Positions 18,341-28,353 of a stretch of 64,000 nt of DNA are shown here, piece by piece. The notes under the pieces are model-generated. The model saw only the letters and a program-made list of their open reading frames with translations, had not been told where the DNA came from and did not search any database. Position 1 is the first letter of the stretch; the number at the start of each line of letters is the position of its first letter. Source of the DNA: Dysgonomonas sp. UBA7710. GTDB lineage: Bacteria; Bacteroidota; Bacteroidia; Bacteroidales; Dysgonomonadaceae. A program made the translations under genes and the position numbers. The stretch is from NCBI RefSeq assembly GCF_002482385.1, contig NZ_DLFW01000048.1, positions 39,417 through 103,416 of the forward strand, given 5' to 3'.

Positions 18341-20752
18341 ATGAAATATATACTAATCTGTATATTAATAATATCGCTTTGCCCATACCAATCTTATTCT
18401 CAAAATAAAAAGCATAGTATTTCCGGGCATGTATACGTTGACAATACAGTTCGGGAAAATATAGAAGTAATAATTGAAGAATTGGATACTCGGGCTTTTA
18501 CTGATGCTAAGGGCAGGTATACAATCAACAATTTACCGTCAGGGACCTATGTTCTGTACGCGCTACATCAGGATGGATATGTTGAAGTAAAGTCTGTCGA
18601 CCTCAAAGCATCTACTGATACTTTGGATTTCCATATAAAAACTTCGGCCATAGAGCTCAAAGAAGTAACTATAAGTGCCAGCAGAAAGATTGATGAACTC
18701 AGATTGAATCCCATCAAGGCAGAAGTGATCGATGTAACTCACTTTCACGAAAAGGCTACAAATATTCAAAATTTGCTGAATGCAAGTCCGGGCGTGCGTT
18801 TGCGTAATACGGGGGCATTAGGAGCTAGCAATGAGGTTATAATAAACGGGTTTAGCGGCAGATCTATCAAACTGATGCGGGACGGTATTCCCTTGGATTA
18901 TCTCGGTTCAAGTTTCGGTATAACCAAAATTCCGGTCAATTCTGTCGAACGTATGGAGGTTTATAAAGGTGTATTACCGACAGAAATAGGGATAGATGCT
19001 TTAGGGGGAGCTATAAATCTGGTAAGCCGTAAGTTATACGATTCAGAGATTCAAGTGTCATTCGAAAGAGGGTCTTTCAATACGAACATAGCGACTATTA
19101 ACGGATTCCGGCGGTTGAACAGAAATATATCAGTAGGTTTGTATGCCTTCGGAAATTATTCCGATAACGATTACAAGGTAAAAAATCTGCCTTATTATGA
19201 AGAAGAAACAGGACGTAATACATACATAGAAGCCCGTTTATTCCATAATAAGTTTAAGCAATATTTTGTAGAAGGATATGTAAACTTCGACAATCTGTCG
19301 TGGGCAGACCTTTTGCAATTCAGAGTGACCAGCTTTGCCCTGCATCAGGACATGCAGAATGATTTTACCACCCGTGACAGGGCTTTTGGTGCAGTCTATC
19401 GTACCGAAAAAGCGATTGCCATACCTTCCGTTACTTACCGGAAATCTTTTATAGACAGCAGGTTGAATACAACACACTTTCTTGTTTATAGTAAGATAGA
19501 CAATCTGTTTGTAGATACACTGAAGAATACATATTATGACTGGAAAGGAGTAGCGCACTCTTCTACTTCTGCTTCAGAGATAGGGAGTGTTTATACATCT
19601 GCTCCGGGGAAAAACGGGCTTGAGTCCGATTATCAGAATATGATATATCGTGGATTATTGTCTTACCATATCACCCCGTCCCATATACTTACCGCTAATG
19701 TAGTTGATAACTATTTCATCAACAAGAAAGATGATGAGGTCAATCCTTTAGAAAAAAAACGCATTACGTATAATCGTCTGATTGTAGGGGTAGGGTATAA
19801 TGCCGGATTGTTTGACAACAAGTTGAATACGATTGTACAAATGAAGTCCCTGTTCTATCAGACTAAAGGCAAAGAATCGGTATATAGCTCGTCCGAATTG
19901 GTAAATGAAGACAGATCCATCTCTAAACAAGGGCTTAGTTTCTCTCTGGCAGTAAAGTATAATATACTGAATAACCTTCTGATACGCGCGTCATATGAAA
20001 ATACCTACCGGTTACCCGACCAGATGGAAATCTTCGGGGATAATACTTTTATCATTTCCAATCTCGATTTATCACCTGAGAAAAGTAATAATTTCAATCT
20101 GGGACTGAAGCTGCATAAGCCGGCAAAATACAATTTTGAGATAAATACTTATTTCAGGAATACAACAGACCTGATAAAGCTCAAGGAAATCAATCAATAT
20201 CAGGGGTTGTTCCTCAATCTGGAGAAAGTAAAAGGGTATGGGATTGAACTCGACGGATACTATACCTTCTTCGATAAGCTCAGACTGACGGGGAATCTTA
20301 CTTATAATGAATTCAGATACAATGGCTCGCTCGACGAAAATGCAAATGATGTGCATTTTAAAGATGCCCGTATCAGCAATACGCCTTTCTATTATGGAAA
20401 TCTGGGTGTAGAATATACTATCAATAATGTATTGGGTAAGAATAATATACTTCGTACCTATTGGAATTATTCATATGTACATCAATATTATCTGGATTAT
20501 ATAGAGAAACAGTACGAGCCTGATGGTTTCTTAGGCCTTTTTGGCAAATCGAAAATTTCTACAGACCGTGTTATTCCTCAACAACAGCTTCACACAGCAG
20601 GCACTTCTTTCGATATGAAGACATATAAGGAAAGCCGGTTGACATTAGGATTTGAGGTGCGTAATATTTTTGATAAAGACATCTATAATAACTTCAAAAT
20701 GCAGAATCCCGGACGCAGTTTCTGGGCTAAAGCGGTTTATCTCTTCAAATAG
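18341..20752 (+). CDS. TonB-dependent receptor (XusA-like xenosiderophore/metal receptor candidate)
   Basis: Signal peptide, a CarbopepD_reg-like N-domain, a plug (..INGFSGRSIKLMRDGIPL..GGAINLVS) and a long barrel. Confidence 0.85.
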   Translation: MKYILICILIISLCPYQSYSQNKKHSISGHVYVDNTVRENIEVIIEELDTRAFTDAKGRYTINNLPSGTYVLYALHQDGYVEVKSVDLKASTDTLDFHIKTSAIELKEVTISASRKIDELRLNPIKAEVIDVTHFHEKATNIQNLLNASPGVRLRNTGALGASNEVIINGFSGRSIKLMRDGIPLDYLGSSFGITKIPVNSVERMEVYKGVLPTEIGIDALGGAINLVSRKLYDSEIQVSFERGSFNTNIATINGFRRLNRNISVGLYAFGNYSDNDYKVKNLPYYEEETGRNTYIEARLFHNKFKQYFVEGYVNFDNLSWADLLQFRVTSFALHQDMQNDFTTRDRAFGAVYRTEKAIAIPSVTYRKSFIDSRLNTTHFLVYSKIDNLFVDTLKNTYYDWKGVAHSSTSASEIGSVYTSAPGKNGLESDYQNMIYRGLLSYHITPSHILTANVVDNYFINKKDDEVNPLEKKRITYNRLIVGVGYNAGLFDNKLNTIVQMKSLFYQTKGKESVYSSSELVNEDRSISKQGLSFSLAVKYNILNNLLIRASYENTYRLPDQMEIFGDNTFIISNLDLSPEKSNNFNLGLKLHKPAKYNFEINTYFRNTTDLIKLKEINQYQGLFLNLEKVKGYGIELDGYYTFFDKLRLTGNLTYNEFRYNGSLDENANDVHFKDARISNTPFYYGNLGVEYTINNVLGKNNILRTYWNYSYVHQYYLDYIEKQYEPDGFLGLFGKSKISTDRVIPQQQLHTAGTSFDMKTYKESRLTLGFEVRNIFDKDIYNNFKMQNPGRSFWAKAVYLFK

Positions 20753-20760
20753 ATTCGATT

Positions 20761-22077
20761 ATGAAGACTTTAAAATACTTCTGTTTTATAATTCTCAGTT
20801 CTTTTTTTATACAATCGTGCGAAGTTGAGAATCTTGAAAATGACAATACACCCCGTCTGGACTTCACCTCTAATAATTATGTGCTGGCTGTAGAGGAGGC
20901 GTCCAACTCGGATATAACACGATTCTTCACATTTGAAATGAATCAGGTAAAGAATAATATTGAGCCATACGAATTATTATCGGAAGAATCTTTGTTTACA
21001 AATTCAGATCCGTCTACCTCAGCCGGACATCAATCTATCGGAAAATATTTCTTTGCTATGGCAAAGGATAAAAAGGGAATGTCGTCCACCCCCGGTATAT
21101 ATCGCTTAAGCCTTAATATGAGTAATCGGGTATTTATAAACGAGAGTCTCAACCTGAGAAAAAATAACTTGTTCCCGTCCCGTAAACTATGTATTGTTGA
21201 CCGTAACCTCGGGTTTTATTATAACGAAGGCTTGTCTCCGCAGAGCATATACATGTTCAATCCGTACACAATGAATACTACCGGGTCAATTGATCTGAAG
21301 GAAGCGATAATGAACTTCCGTCCCGATGCTAAATGGCTCGACGAAAGCGGTAATAATATGGTGCGTACGGGTTCATTGGTATTAGATGAAAAAGAAGGAA
21401 AGTTATATGTAAGCGTAGTATTTCTGGAAACAGTGGGATTTAATATTATAGCGGATAGTGAAACGAATTTTTATTTGGCTGTAATAGATATCGAAACAAA
21501 AAAAGTAGAGAAAATCATCAGTTATCCCAATACCCGTACAGTCGGCTTCTTTGTTTCGGAAAACAATCCTACAACTAAGACCGAATCGGGTGATATGTAT
21601 CTCTGTTCGTGGGGATGGAACCAATTTGGTACGCCTACCGAATCTAAAATATTCAGGATAGAAAGAGGGGAAACGGATTTTGACAAAACGTGGGAATTTA
21701 ACGTAGATAAATATTTTGGAAAGGGACGTATTGCTCAGTCTATTATCAGCTATAACAATAAAATATACCTGCATATATCCACGATTAAATATACTTTTTC
21801 AGATAGCGATTCGGAAGGGAGTAAGATAGAGATGGAGTATTATGAACTAAATCCCCGGGATATGTCTATCCGCAAGTTAGATATTCCGGCATCTGACCCG
21901 TCTGCACGAATGAACGTATTCAGTATTGTAGATGATAAACTTTATATCTGTGTGCCCAACAGCAATACGGAAAATATCAACGGGATATATTCAATAAACA
22001 GGGATGGCGCAATAGTAAAGGAAATGCTTTTGCAAAATAAGTATAGACCGGTCAGGTTGTATAAATTGACCAATTAA
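20761..22077 (+). CDS. DUF4374-like lipoprotein (XusB-like)
   Basis: Lipobox FFIQSCEVEN, about 440 aa. It sits between the TBDR and the PepSY-TM gene as in XusABC-type operons. The family name is assigned from architecture and memory. Confidence 0.5.
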   Translation: MKTLKYFCFIILSSFFIQSCEVENLENDNTPRLDFTSNNYVLAVEEASNSDITRFFTFEMNQVKNNIEPYELLSEESLFTNSDPSTSAGHQSIGKYFFAMAKDKKGMSSTPGIYRLSLNMSNRVFINESLNLRKNNLFPSRKLCIVDRNLGFYYNEGLSPQSIYMFNPYTMNTTGSIDLKEAIMNFRPDAKWLDESGNNMVRTGSLVLDEKEGKLYVSVVFLETVGFNIIADSETNFYLAVIDIETKKVEKIISYPNTRTVGFFVSENNPTTKTESGDMYLCSWGWNQFGTPTESKIFRIERGETDFDKTWEFNVDKYFGKGRIAQSIISYNNKIYLHISTIKYTFSDSDSEGSKIEMEYYELNPRDMSIRKLDIPASDPSARMNVFSIVDDKLYICVPNSNTENINGIYSINRDGAIVKEMLLQNKYRPVRLYKLTN

Positions 22078-22100
22078 AAAATAATAACAAACAGTAGAAA

Positions 22101-23618
22101 ATGAGAAAATGGCATAAATGGGCAGGACTCGTTCTTTCATTCTTCTTTATCATATTCGCCCTGTCGGGCATATTCCTCAATCATAGAGAAGGGATTTCCA
22201 GTATTGATATTCCAAGATCATATTTGCCTGCCGGCTATAAGTATGATAACTGGAATAATGGGGCTTTAAAGGGTTCTTTCAGGTTATCACAAGATTCTGT
22301 TTTGCTTTATGGAGGAGTAGGGTTACTAATCACAGACTCTCTCGCTTCAGATATTTCTTACTATGAAGAGGGTTTAAAAGCAGGAGCAGACAACCGTATT
22401 GTGGGAAATATTGTGCGGACAAACAACGGTGATGTTTTCTCTGCAACTACTTTTGATCTATATAAACTGGACAAACCGAATAATAAATGGAGTCTTCTTT
22501 CACAAGAGCTGGATACTGATGAACGCATATCTGACATTCAGGCTCAGGGCGACTCTCTTATTATCCTTACCCGTTCCTACGCCTTTGTTTCTTTATATCC
22601 CTATCAACAATTCCATAAAATAGAGCTTAAAGCTCCTGAAGGTTATAAAAAGGAAACTTCCCTTTTCAGGTTTATGTGGACATTGCACAGTGGTGAGCTA
22701 TTCGGAATGCCGGGAAGGTTATTTGTTGATATGCTAGGGATTGTTTCCATTATCTTATGTGTTACAGGCATCATATTCACCTTTTTTCCTAAAATAATAA
22801 AAAGAAGAAAGGCCCGGAAGAAAGATGGTAAACCATATACTACGGTCTGGAAAAAATCGATAAAGATTCACAACAAACTAGGAGTTACATTGCTTGCATT
22901 TTTATTGGTTCTTGTCCTTTCGGGGACTTTTCTGCGTCCTCCGTTACTGATAGCCATTATTCGTGCCAAAATTTCTACTTTGCCCGGTACAATTCTAAAT
23001 GACGATAATCCTTGGTTCGATAAATTAAGATGTATTCGTTACGATAAATCGGAGAAATCATGGATACTATATTCTTCTGAAGGCTTTTACCATCTGGATA
23101 ATTTTGAATCTACCCCTAAGAGAATACAATCGCCGCCTCCAGTGAGTGTTATGGGGGTCACGGTTTTTGAACAAGATGAATCCGGCCGGTGGTTGACGGG
23201 ATCTTTCAGCGGGGTATATTACTGGGACAGGAAAACAGGGAAAAGTATTGATGCGTATACTCTGAGACCAGCCATTATGCAGCGTGGAGGTCCACCTGTT
23301 GTAACCAATGCAGTATCCGGGTATTCGGCAGATATCAACAATATGGTCACTATTTTCGATTACAACTTGGGCGCAAGGGGATTAAGACAGGACGATAACT
23401 TTGCTCCAATGCCCGGCCATATTAAGGATAATGGAAGAATGTCTTTATGGCATTTGTGCCTTGAAACCCATGTAGGCAGGATATATTCTCCTGTTATCGG
23501 TATATTTTCTGATTTCTTTATTTTCCTCTCAGGATCGCTCATTATCTCAATACTAATATCCGGATATTTTGTTTACCGAAAACGATATAAGAAAAAAGCC
23601 AATAAAACGGGCAAATAA
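22101..23618 (+). CDS. PepSY-associated TM helix domain protein (XusC/PiuB-like)
   Basis: An N-terminal TM helix (WAGLVLSFFFIIFALSGIFLNHREG), an internal TM pair and a C-terminal TM helix. The size and layout are typical of the family. Confidence 0.7.
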   Translation: MRKWHKWAGLVLSFFFIIFALSGIFLNHREGISSIDIPRSYLPAGYKYDNWNNGALKGSFRLSQDSVLLYGGVGLLITDSLASDISYYEEGLKAGADNRIVGNIVRTNNGDVFSATTFDLYKLDKPNNKWSLLSQELDTDERISDIQAQGDSLIILTRSYAFVSLYPYQQFHKIELKAPEGYKKETSLFRFMWTLHSGELFGMPGRLFVDMLGIVSIILCVTGIIFTFFPKIIKRRKARKKDGKPYTTVWKKSIKIHNKLGVTLLAFLLVLVLSGTFLRPPLLIAIIRAKISTLPGTILNDDNPWFDKLRCIRYDKSEKSWILYSSEGFYHLDNFESTPKRIQSPPPVSVMGVTVFEQDESGRWLTGSFSGVYYWDRKTGKSIDAYTLRPAIMQRGGPPVVTNAVSGYSADINNMVTIFDYNLGARGLRQDDNFAPMPGHIKDNGRMSLWHLCLETHVGRIYSPVIGIFSDFFIFLSGSLIISILISGYFVYRKRYKKKANKTGK

Positions 23619-23832
23619 TTAATCATCGCAATGAAGTCAAAGAAGAAATATGTATTAATCGCCTTATTTGCCCTGTCAGTTATTAAAGAATGACTTTAAT
23701 AAAAGAAAATTCTTTCAAACTTTTTATTTTTTGAAAAGGAGAATTAAAAAAAGAATTTATATGATAAAACTTCAACCTTGTCGTTGAAAGCTATGTAAAG
23801 TCTGGAATAATTCCGTTTCTTGTTATAATTAT

Positions 23833-25371
23833 TTATTTCTGTTTAGTGCTATCTTTTTTCTTTGAAGTTATCAGTATCACACCATTTTTTCCTTCAGTAC
23901 CATATATGGAAATGGCGGTCTTGTCTTTAAGTACCTCGATACTTTCTATATCGTCAGGGTTTATATTCTCTAAGGTTTTTATTTTTACACCATCGAGATA
24001 AATTACAGGTTCATTTGATTTCCAACGTTTTATTATTTTAGTTGGAACTCCATTCAAATCTGTATTCAGAGAGTCCCTCTTCATAAATGTCATTCCTTTT
24101 CCTGTTTTTAGCTCAAACTTATTGCTTCCTTGTTCCGGATTATTCTTTACATATTCCTTTGTTTTGATATGAATAACCCCGTGTTTAGTGCCTTCTCCAT
24201 GCATCTCTACTGCGAGAGCATCTTTAAGTACGGAAACAGATTCTACGTCAGCAGGATTTATAGTTTCCATTTTTACCTTATCCGATTTTTTACCATCAAT
24301 AAAAACTATAGGGTCTGCATCTCCTGCGGTCATAGTATATACCCCTTTGATCTCTATTTTTGTATTGCTTTTATCTGAACTAATGGAGTCTTTTTTCTTC
24401 TTTATAATTATCTTTTTGGTTTTAATCAGAGAATCGGTAGAAACATTGCCCGTTGACCCATATCCGACTACGACAATAGAGTCGTCCGGAACAACCTGTA
24501 TATCCGGCTGGCCGAATACATAACGGGGTTCTGACGAGGCCCACAAAAACAATCCGAAGATAGGAATAATGGCTAAAACCATAGCTCTCCTCCATGGCGA
24601 ACTCTTCGCCTTTTTTATCATAGATAAACGATTTAACGGTTTGGAATAATTGAATGAATTGGAAAAAGAGAACACAGGTCCCTGAAATTTCTGATTAATT
24701 AATACTGCTTGATAAAGCGCCGGGGAAACTCCAGAATCTATCACGGCCTTATCCGCCAGAAACTCATGATTTTCTTTCAATAGTTTTACATATACCCATG
24801 CCAGTGGATTGAACCATTGCAATACGAGCATGCATTCGCTGCATAAAAGGTCTACCCAATGTTTTTGGCTAACATGGGTTATTTCGTGCCTGAGAATCAA
24901 ATCTTTTTCTATCTGGCTCAGATTGCTTGTATTCATTAATATATAATTCAATACCGTGAATGGAGAGTTTATGTTATTGTTCTCTACAAGTTTAAAACCT
25001 TTGTTATTATATTTCACTCCGCTTTTTACCAGTTTCCGGAGTTTTGTATAAGCATACATATTCCGGCCTGTCAGTACTAATGTACCAACCAGATACAGAC
25101 TTGATAACACAATCCAGATATTGATGCCGGCGGTAGGTGTTACAGGCACAGTTTCTGAAGCTGTTTCTATATTTTGGACTACAGAGACCGGGATAATCAC
25201 CTCATAAGTATACTTAATAGCAGGAATAACCAATGATGCTACAAAGCCGGAGAGCAGAAATATCCTATTGAAACGAAAGAATGTGGTCGGGCGCAAAAAT
25301 AAGGAGTATATAACGAGAAATATACCCAGACAAATACCTGTTTTAGCTATGTAAATAATGAACGTTTCCAT
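23833..25371 (-). CDS. BlaR1/MecR1-like M56 family peptidase signal transducer
   Basis: Four N-terminal TM helices, HEITHVSQKHW (HExxH) and a large C-terminal extracytoplasmic region with two TonB-receptor-plug-like repeats. Confidence 0.8.
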   Translation of the reverse strand: METFIIYIAKTGICLGIFLVIYSLFLRPTTFFRFNRIFLLSGFVASLVIPAIKYTYEVIIPVSVVQNIETASETVPVTPTAGINIWIVLSSLYLVGTLVLTGRNMYAYTKLRKLVKSGVKYNNKGFKLVENNNINSPFTVLNYILMNTSNLSQIEKDLILRHEITHVSQKHWVDLLCSECMLVLQWFNPLAWVYVKLLKENHEFLADKAVIDSGVSPALYQAVLINQKFQGPVFSFSNSFNYSKPLNRLSMIKKAKSSPWRRAMVLAIIPIFGLFLWASSEPRYVFGQPDIQVVPDDSIVVVGYGSTGNVSTDSLIKTKKIIIKKKKDSISSDKSNTKIEIKGVYTMTAGDADPIVFIDGKKSDKVKMETINPADVESVSVLKDALAVEMHGEGTKHGVIHIKTKEYVKNNPEQGSNKFELKTGKGMTFMKRDSLNTDLNGVPTKIIKRWKSNEPVIYLDGVKIKTLENINPDDIESIEVLKDKTAISIYGTEGKNGVILITSKKKDSTKQK

Positions 25372-25373
25372 GG

Positions 25374-25772
25374 CTATTTAGTTTTATTGGTTTCTTCTTC
25401 GAGTGCTTTACGCGTTTCATCCAGCATTTCATCCATCTGTTCAATAGAGAGGTTAGTTTCTTTTGCAAAAAATGAAACCATAGAAGAGAATGACCCGTTG
25501 AAATAGTCTTTTACAAATCCGAATAATTGTTTCTTGGAATAATTCTCTTTCGAGATAAGGGCTTTATATACATTAACACGTCCTTCGCTACGGTGCGATA
25601 CGAAATCTTTGCCCTCCAGGATGGTTAATACTGTAGCTATTGTTGTTCTGGCAGGTTTATTTCCGGTAAATCCTTTCAATATATCCTGTACTGTGCCTTC
25701 TTCCATAGTCCACAGTATCTGCATTATTTGTTCTTCGGCTTTCGTAAGTTGCATACTATATTTATTGGTCAT
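25374..25772 (-). CDS. BlaI/MecI/CopY family transcriptional repressor
   Basis: Winged-helix N-terminal region ..LTKAEEQIMQILW..TVQDILKGF..TTIATVLTIL... Lies immediately upstream of the M56 gene on the same strand. An alternative start at 25754 is possible. Confidence 0.8.
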   Translation of the reverse strand: MTNKYSMQLTKAEEQIMQILWTMEEGTVQDILKGFTGNKPARTTIATVLTILEGKDFVSHRSEGRVNVYKALISKENYSKKQLFGFVKDYFNGSFSSMVSFFAKETNLSIEQMDEMLDETRKALEEETNKTK

Positions 25773-26002
25773 TATGCAAATGTATGTCTATTCTTTTAGA
25801 CAGCAAATTTTTTAAGACTATTTTTTTAGACAAAAACAGGTGATTAGTCGATTAACTGTTTTTATTATTTTGAGACGTGGAAATCTCAGATTTCGATAAG
25901 GGATATTTACAGTCGTTAAAACTTAATAATATTAAGATCTCTAATCTTCTTTAACTATTTTATTCCTATTTTTGTATGATTAGTATATATCGAATAATAT
26001 AA

Positions 26003-26524
26003 ATGAAGAGAATATTCCTGATTGGGTATATGGGTGCCGGGAAAACCACTGCCGGAAAAGAACTCGCGAAAGTTCTGGAACTTGAATTTATAGATTTAGA
26101 CCACTTTATACAAGCGCGTTACCAAAAAACTGTGAGCCAGCTGTTTCAGGATGTTGGCGAAGCAGAATTCCGTAAAATAGAAAGCACTGTACTGAAAGAA
26201 GTTGGCGAATTCGAAAATGTAGTCATTTCTACAGGAGGTGGTACTCCATGTTTCTTTGATAATATGGAGTATATGAATAAGGCCGGTACTACGGTATATC
26301 TGAATGCTGCGCCTGAGGCACTCGCCGCACGGTTAAACACATGTAAGGAAAAACGTCCACTCATAAAAGACAAAAATGAAGAAGAACTTTTCGCTTTTGT
26401 CGTAGAGAGTCTGGAGAAAAGAAATCCGTATTACACTCAGGCACAGATTATATTCGAAACGGAAGAACTGGTCAATCGGGATGATGTTAATAAATATGTT
26501 CAGCAATTAATTGATAAATTATGA
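26003..26524 (+). CDS. aroK: shikimate kinase
   Basis: GYMGAGKTT P-loop. Size and motifs are typical of AroK. Confidence 0.85.
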   Translation: MKRIFLIGYMGAGKTTAGKELAKVLELEFIDLDHFIQARYQKTVSQLFQDVGEAEFRKIESTVLKEVGEFENVVISTGGGTPCFFDNMEYMNKAGTTVYLNAAPEALAARLNTCKEKRPLIKDKNEEELFAFVVESLEKRNPYYTQAQIIFETEELVNRDDVNKYVQQLIDKL

Positions 26525-28353
26525 AATCTAATCTATCGAAGAAGTTTTTATCGGGTGTAATAATACTTGCGTCAGTTGTGTCTGTTGTTGCTCAGGATAA
26601 GCAATACACACTGAATGAAGATAAATCGCAGGTTTCATTGATTGTCGATTTGAAGCAGACCAAATATACTGTTGCCGACATCCAATACAATAAACGGGGA
26701 ACTGCACTATTGGAAGCAAAGGTATATACACTCGGTATAAATATGGATACTATCGGTTCCTGGTCGGCATTGTCGAACAAGGATAAAATCTGGAAGCTGA
26801 ATATTGATGTACCTCAGGCAACAGGTTTCTTTGTCCGGTTCGACGATTTTTATTTACCCGAAGGGGCAAAGCTATATGTCTACAATAAAAATAATACAAC
26901 CGATGCTGTTGTGTACAACCATAATGATAATCCTTCCGGCGGGCCATATTCTATAGAAAATTTAAAAGGGGATAATGTCGTACTGGAATATGTTATTCCG
27001 GAGAAAATAGCGGAAACACCCCGTATACTTTTATCCGATGTAGGGTATAAATATACAAACGGAAATGGGGAACATTCCGATTTTGATACATCTGCGTCAT
27101 GTATGATTAACGTTAATTGCCCTGATGCTGAAAATTGGCAATACCAAAAGAAAGGCGTGGTTTTGTTAAGAATGACAAAAAGCGATAGGAAAACGTATTT
27201 ATGTTCGGGATCTCTTATTAATAATACAAACAATGATAAGACTCCGTATTTACTTACGGCCGACCATTGTTTCGAAAATATGACTGTCGATCAAATTCCG
27301 GACAATACATCATTCATTTTTGAATATGAATATCCTACCTGCGAGATGGAAGCTGGGGCCCAGGCTCCCAGATATAAATACCACAAAGGTTCGGAAGTAA
27401 TGGTGCTTAATCCGATAAATGGAGGAAGTGACGGAGCATTACTTAAACTTACAGAAAGCATTCCTGACGATTGGGACGTATATTTTAACGGATGGAACAG
27501 AGAAAATAAAGCGAGTAGCAGCGGAGCTATAATTCATCACCCGATGGGGGATGTGAAGAAAATATCATTTTATGAAAAGGAATTGTCTACGGGTACGTGG
27601 AGTGGTTCAGCGACGAATGCACATTGGGTGGTTACTTATACAAAAGGAGCTACTCAAGGGGGTTCATCGGGCAGTCCTATTTTCAATCCGGCAGGGTTGA
27701 TTATAGGTACGCTGACAGGTGGTGAAAACAACTCTTGTGATTTGACAATCCCCGACTATTATGGGAAATTGTGGTATCACTGGGATCAATATCCGGATGC
27801 GAACAAGCATATGAGTAAATATTTAGATCCGACAAATACAGGAGTAACCAAACTTGCCGGACTGAACAACAATGATGATATAGAAAAAAATATTGTATTG
27901 GATAATAATGACCTCTCTATGATTCTGAATACAACTACTGAAGTTACAATTCTTGATGGAAATGGTGATTATACTGTTTCATCATCAAACAGTAATATAG
28001 TGTCGGCAGAATTAAATAGTAGTAAAGTTATAATCAAGGCTCTCGATTTTGGTTCTGCACTAATTAATATTACGGATAAGAAAAATAAGGCAGCCCAAAT
28101 AACGGTTTCAGTAGTAAGTACTGTGAAATACGCTATAACCGGGACAAAAACCCTTACAGTAACACTTAATAAGGAAGACGATTCTATTAGACGCATCCGG
28201 ATAATCAATCTGAACGGCGATACGGTCATTGATAAAAAAGGTCTTGATGTAAAAGAGGAGCCAATAGATATCAGTATTTTGCCAAGAGACACATATATCA
28301 TACAAACTATAACCAAAAACGGGACAAAGAAAGCGGAGAAAATAACATGGTAA
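26521..28353 (+). CDS. secreted trypsin-like (S1 family) serine peptidase with a probable T9SS C-terminal sorting domain
   Basis: Signal peptide. The catalytic His is in LTADHCF and the Ser in GGSSGSPIF. The C-terminal ~80 aa form a beta-rich domain ending ..KITW. ATGA overlap with aroK. Confidence 0.55.
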   Translation: MKSNLSKKFLSGVIILASVVSVVAQDKQYTLNEDKSQVSLIVDLKQTKYTVADIQYNKRGTALLEAKVYTLGINMDTIGSWSALSNKDKIWKLNIDVPQATGFFVRFDDFYLPEGAKLYVYNKNNTTDAVVYNHNDNPSGGPYSIENLKGDNVVLEYVIPEKIAETPRILLSDVGYKYTNGNGEHSDFDTSASCMINVNCPDAENWQYQKKGVVLLRMTKSDRKTYLCSGSLINNTNNDKTPYLLTADHCFENMTVDQIPDNTSFIFEYEYPTCEMEAGAQAPRYKYHKGSEVMVLNPINGGSDGALLKLTESIPDDWDVYFNGWNRENKASSSGAIIHHPMGDVKKISFYEKELSTGTWSGSATNAHWVVTYTKGATQGGSSGSPIFNPAGLIIGTLTGGENNSCDLTIPDYYGKLWYHWDQYPDANKHMSKYLDPTNTGVTKLAGLNNNDDIEKNIVLDNNDLSMILNTTTEVTILDGNGDYTVSSSNSNIVSAELNSSKVIIKALDFGSALINITDKKNKAAQITVSVVSTVKYAITGTKTLTVTLNKEDDSIRRIRIINLNGDTVIDKKGLDVKEEPIDISILPRDTYIIQTITKNGTKKAEKITW

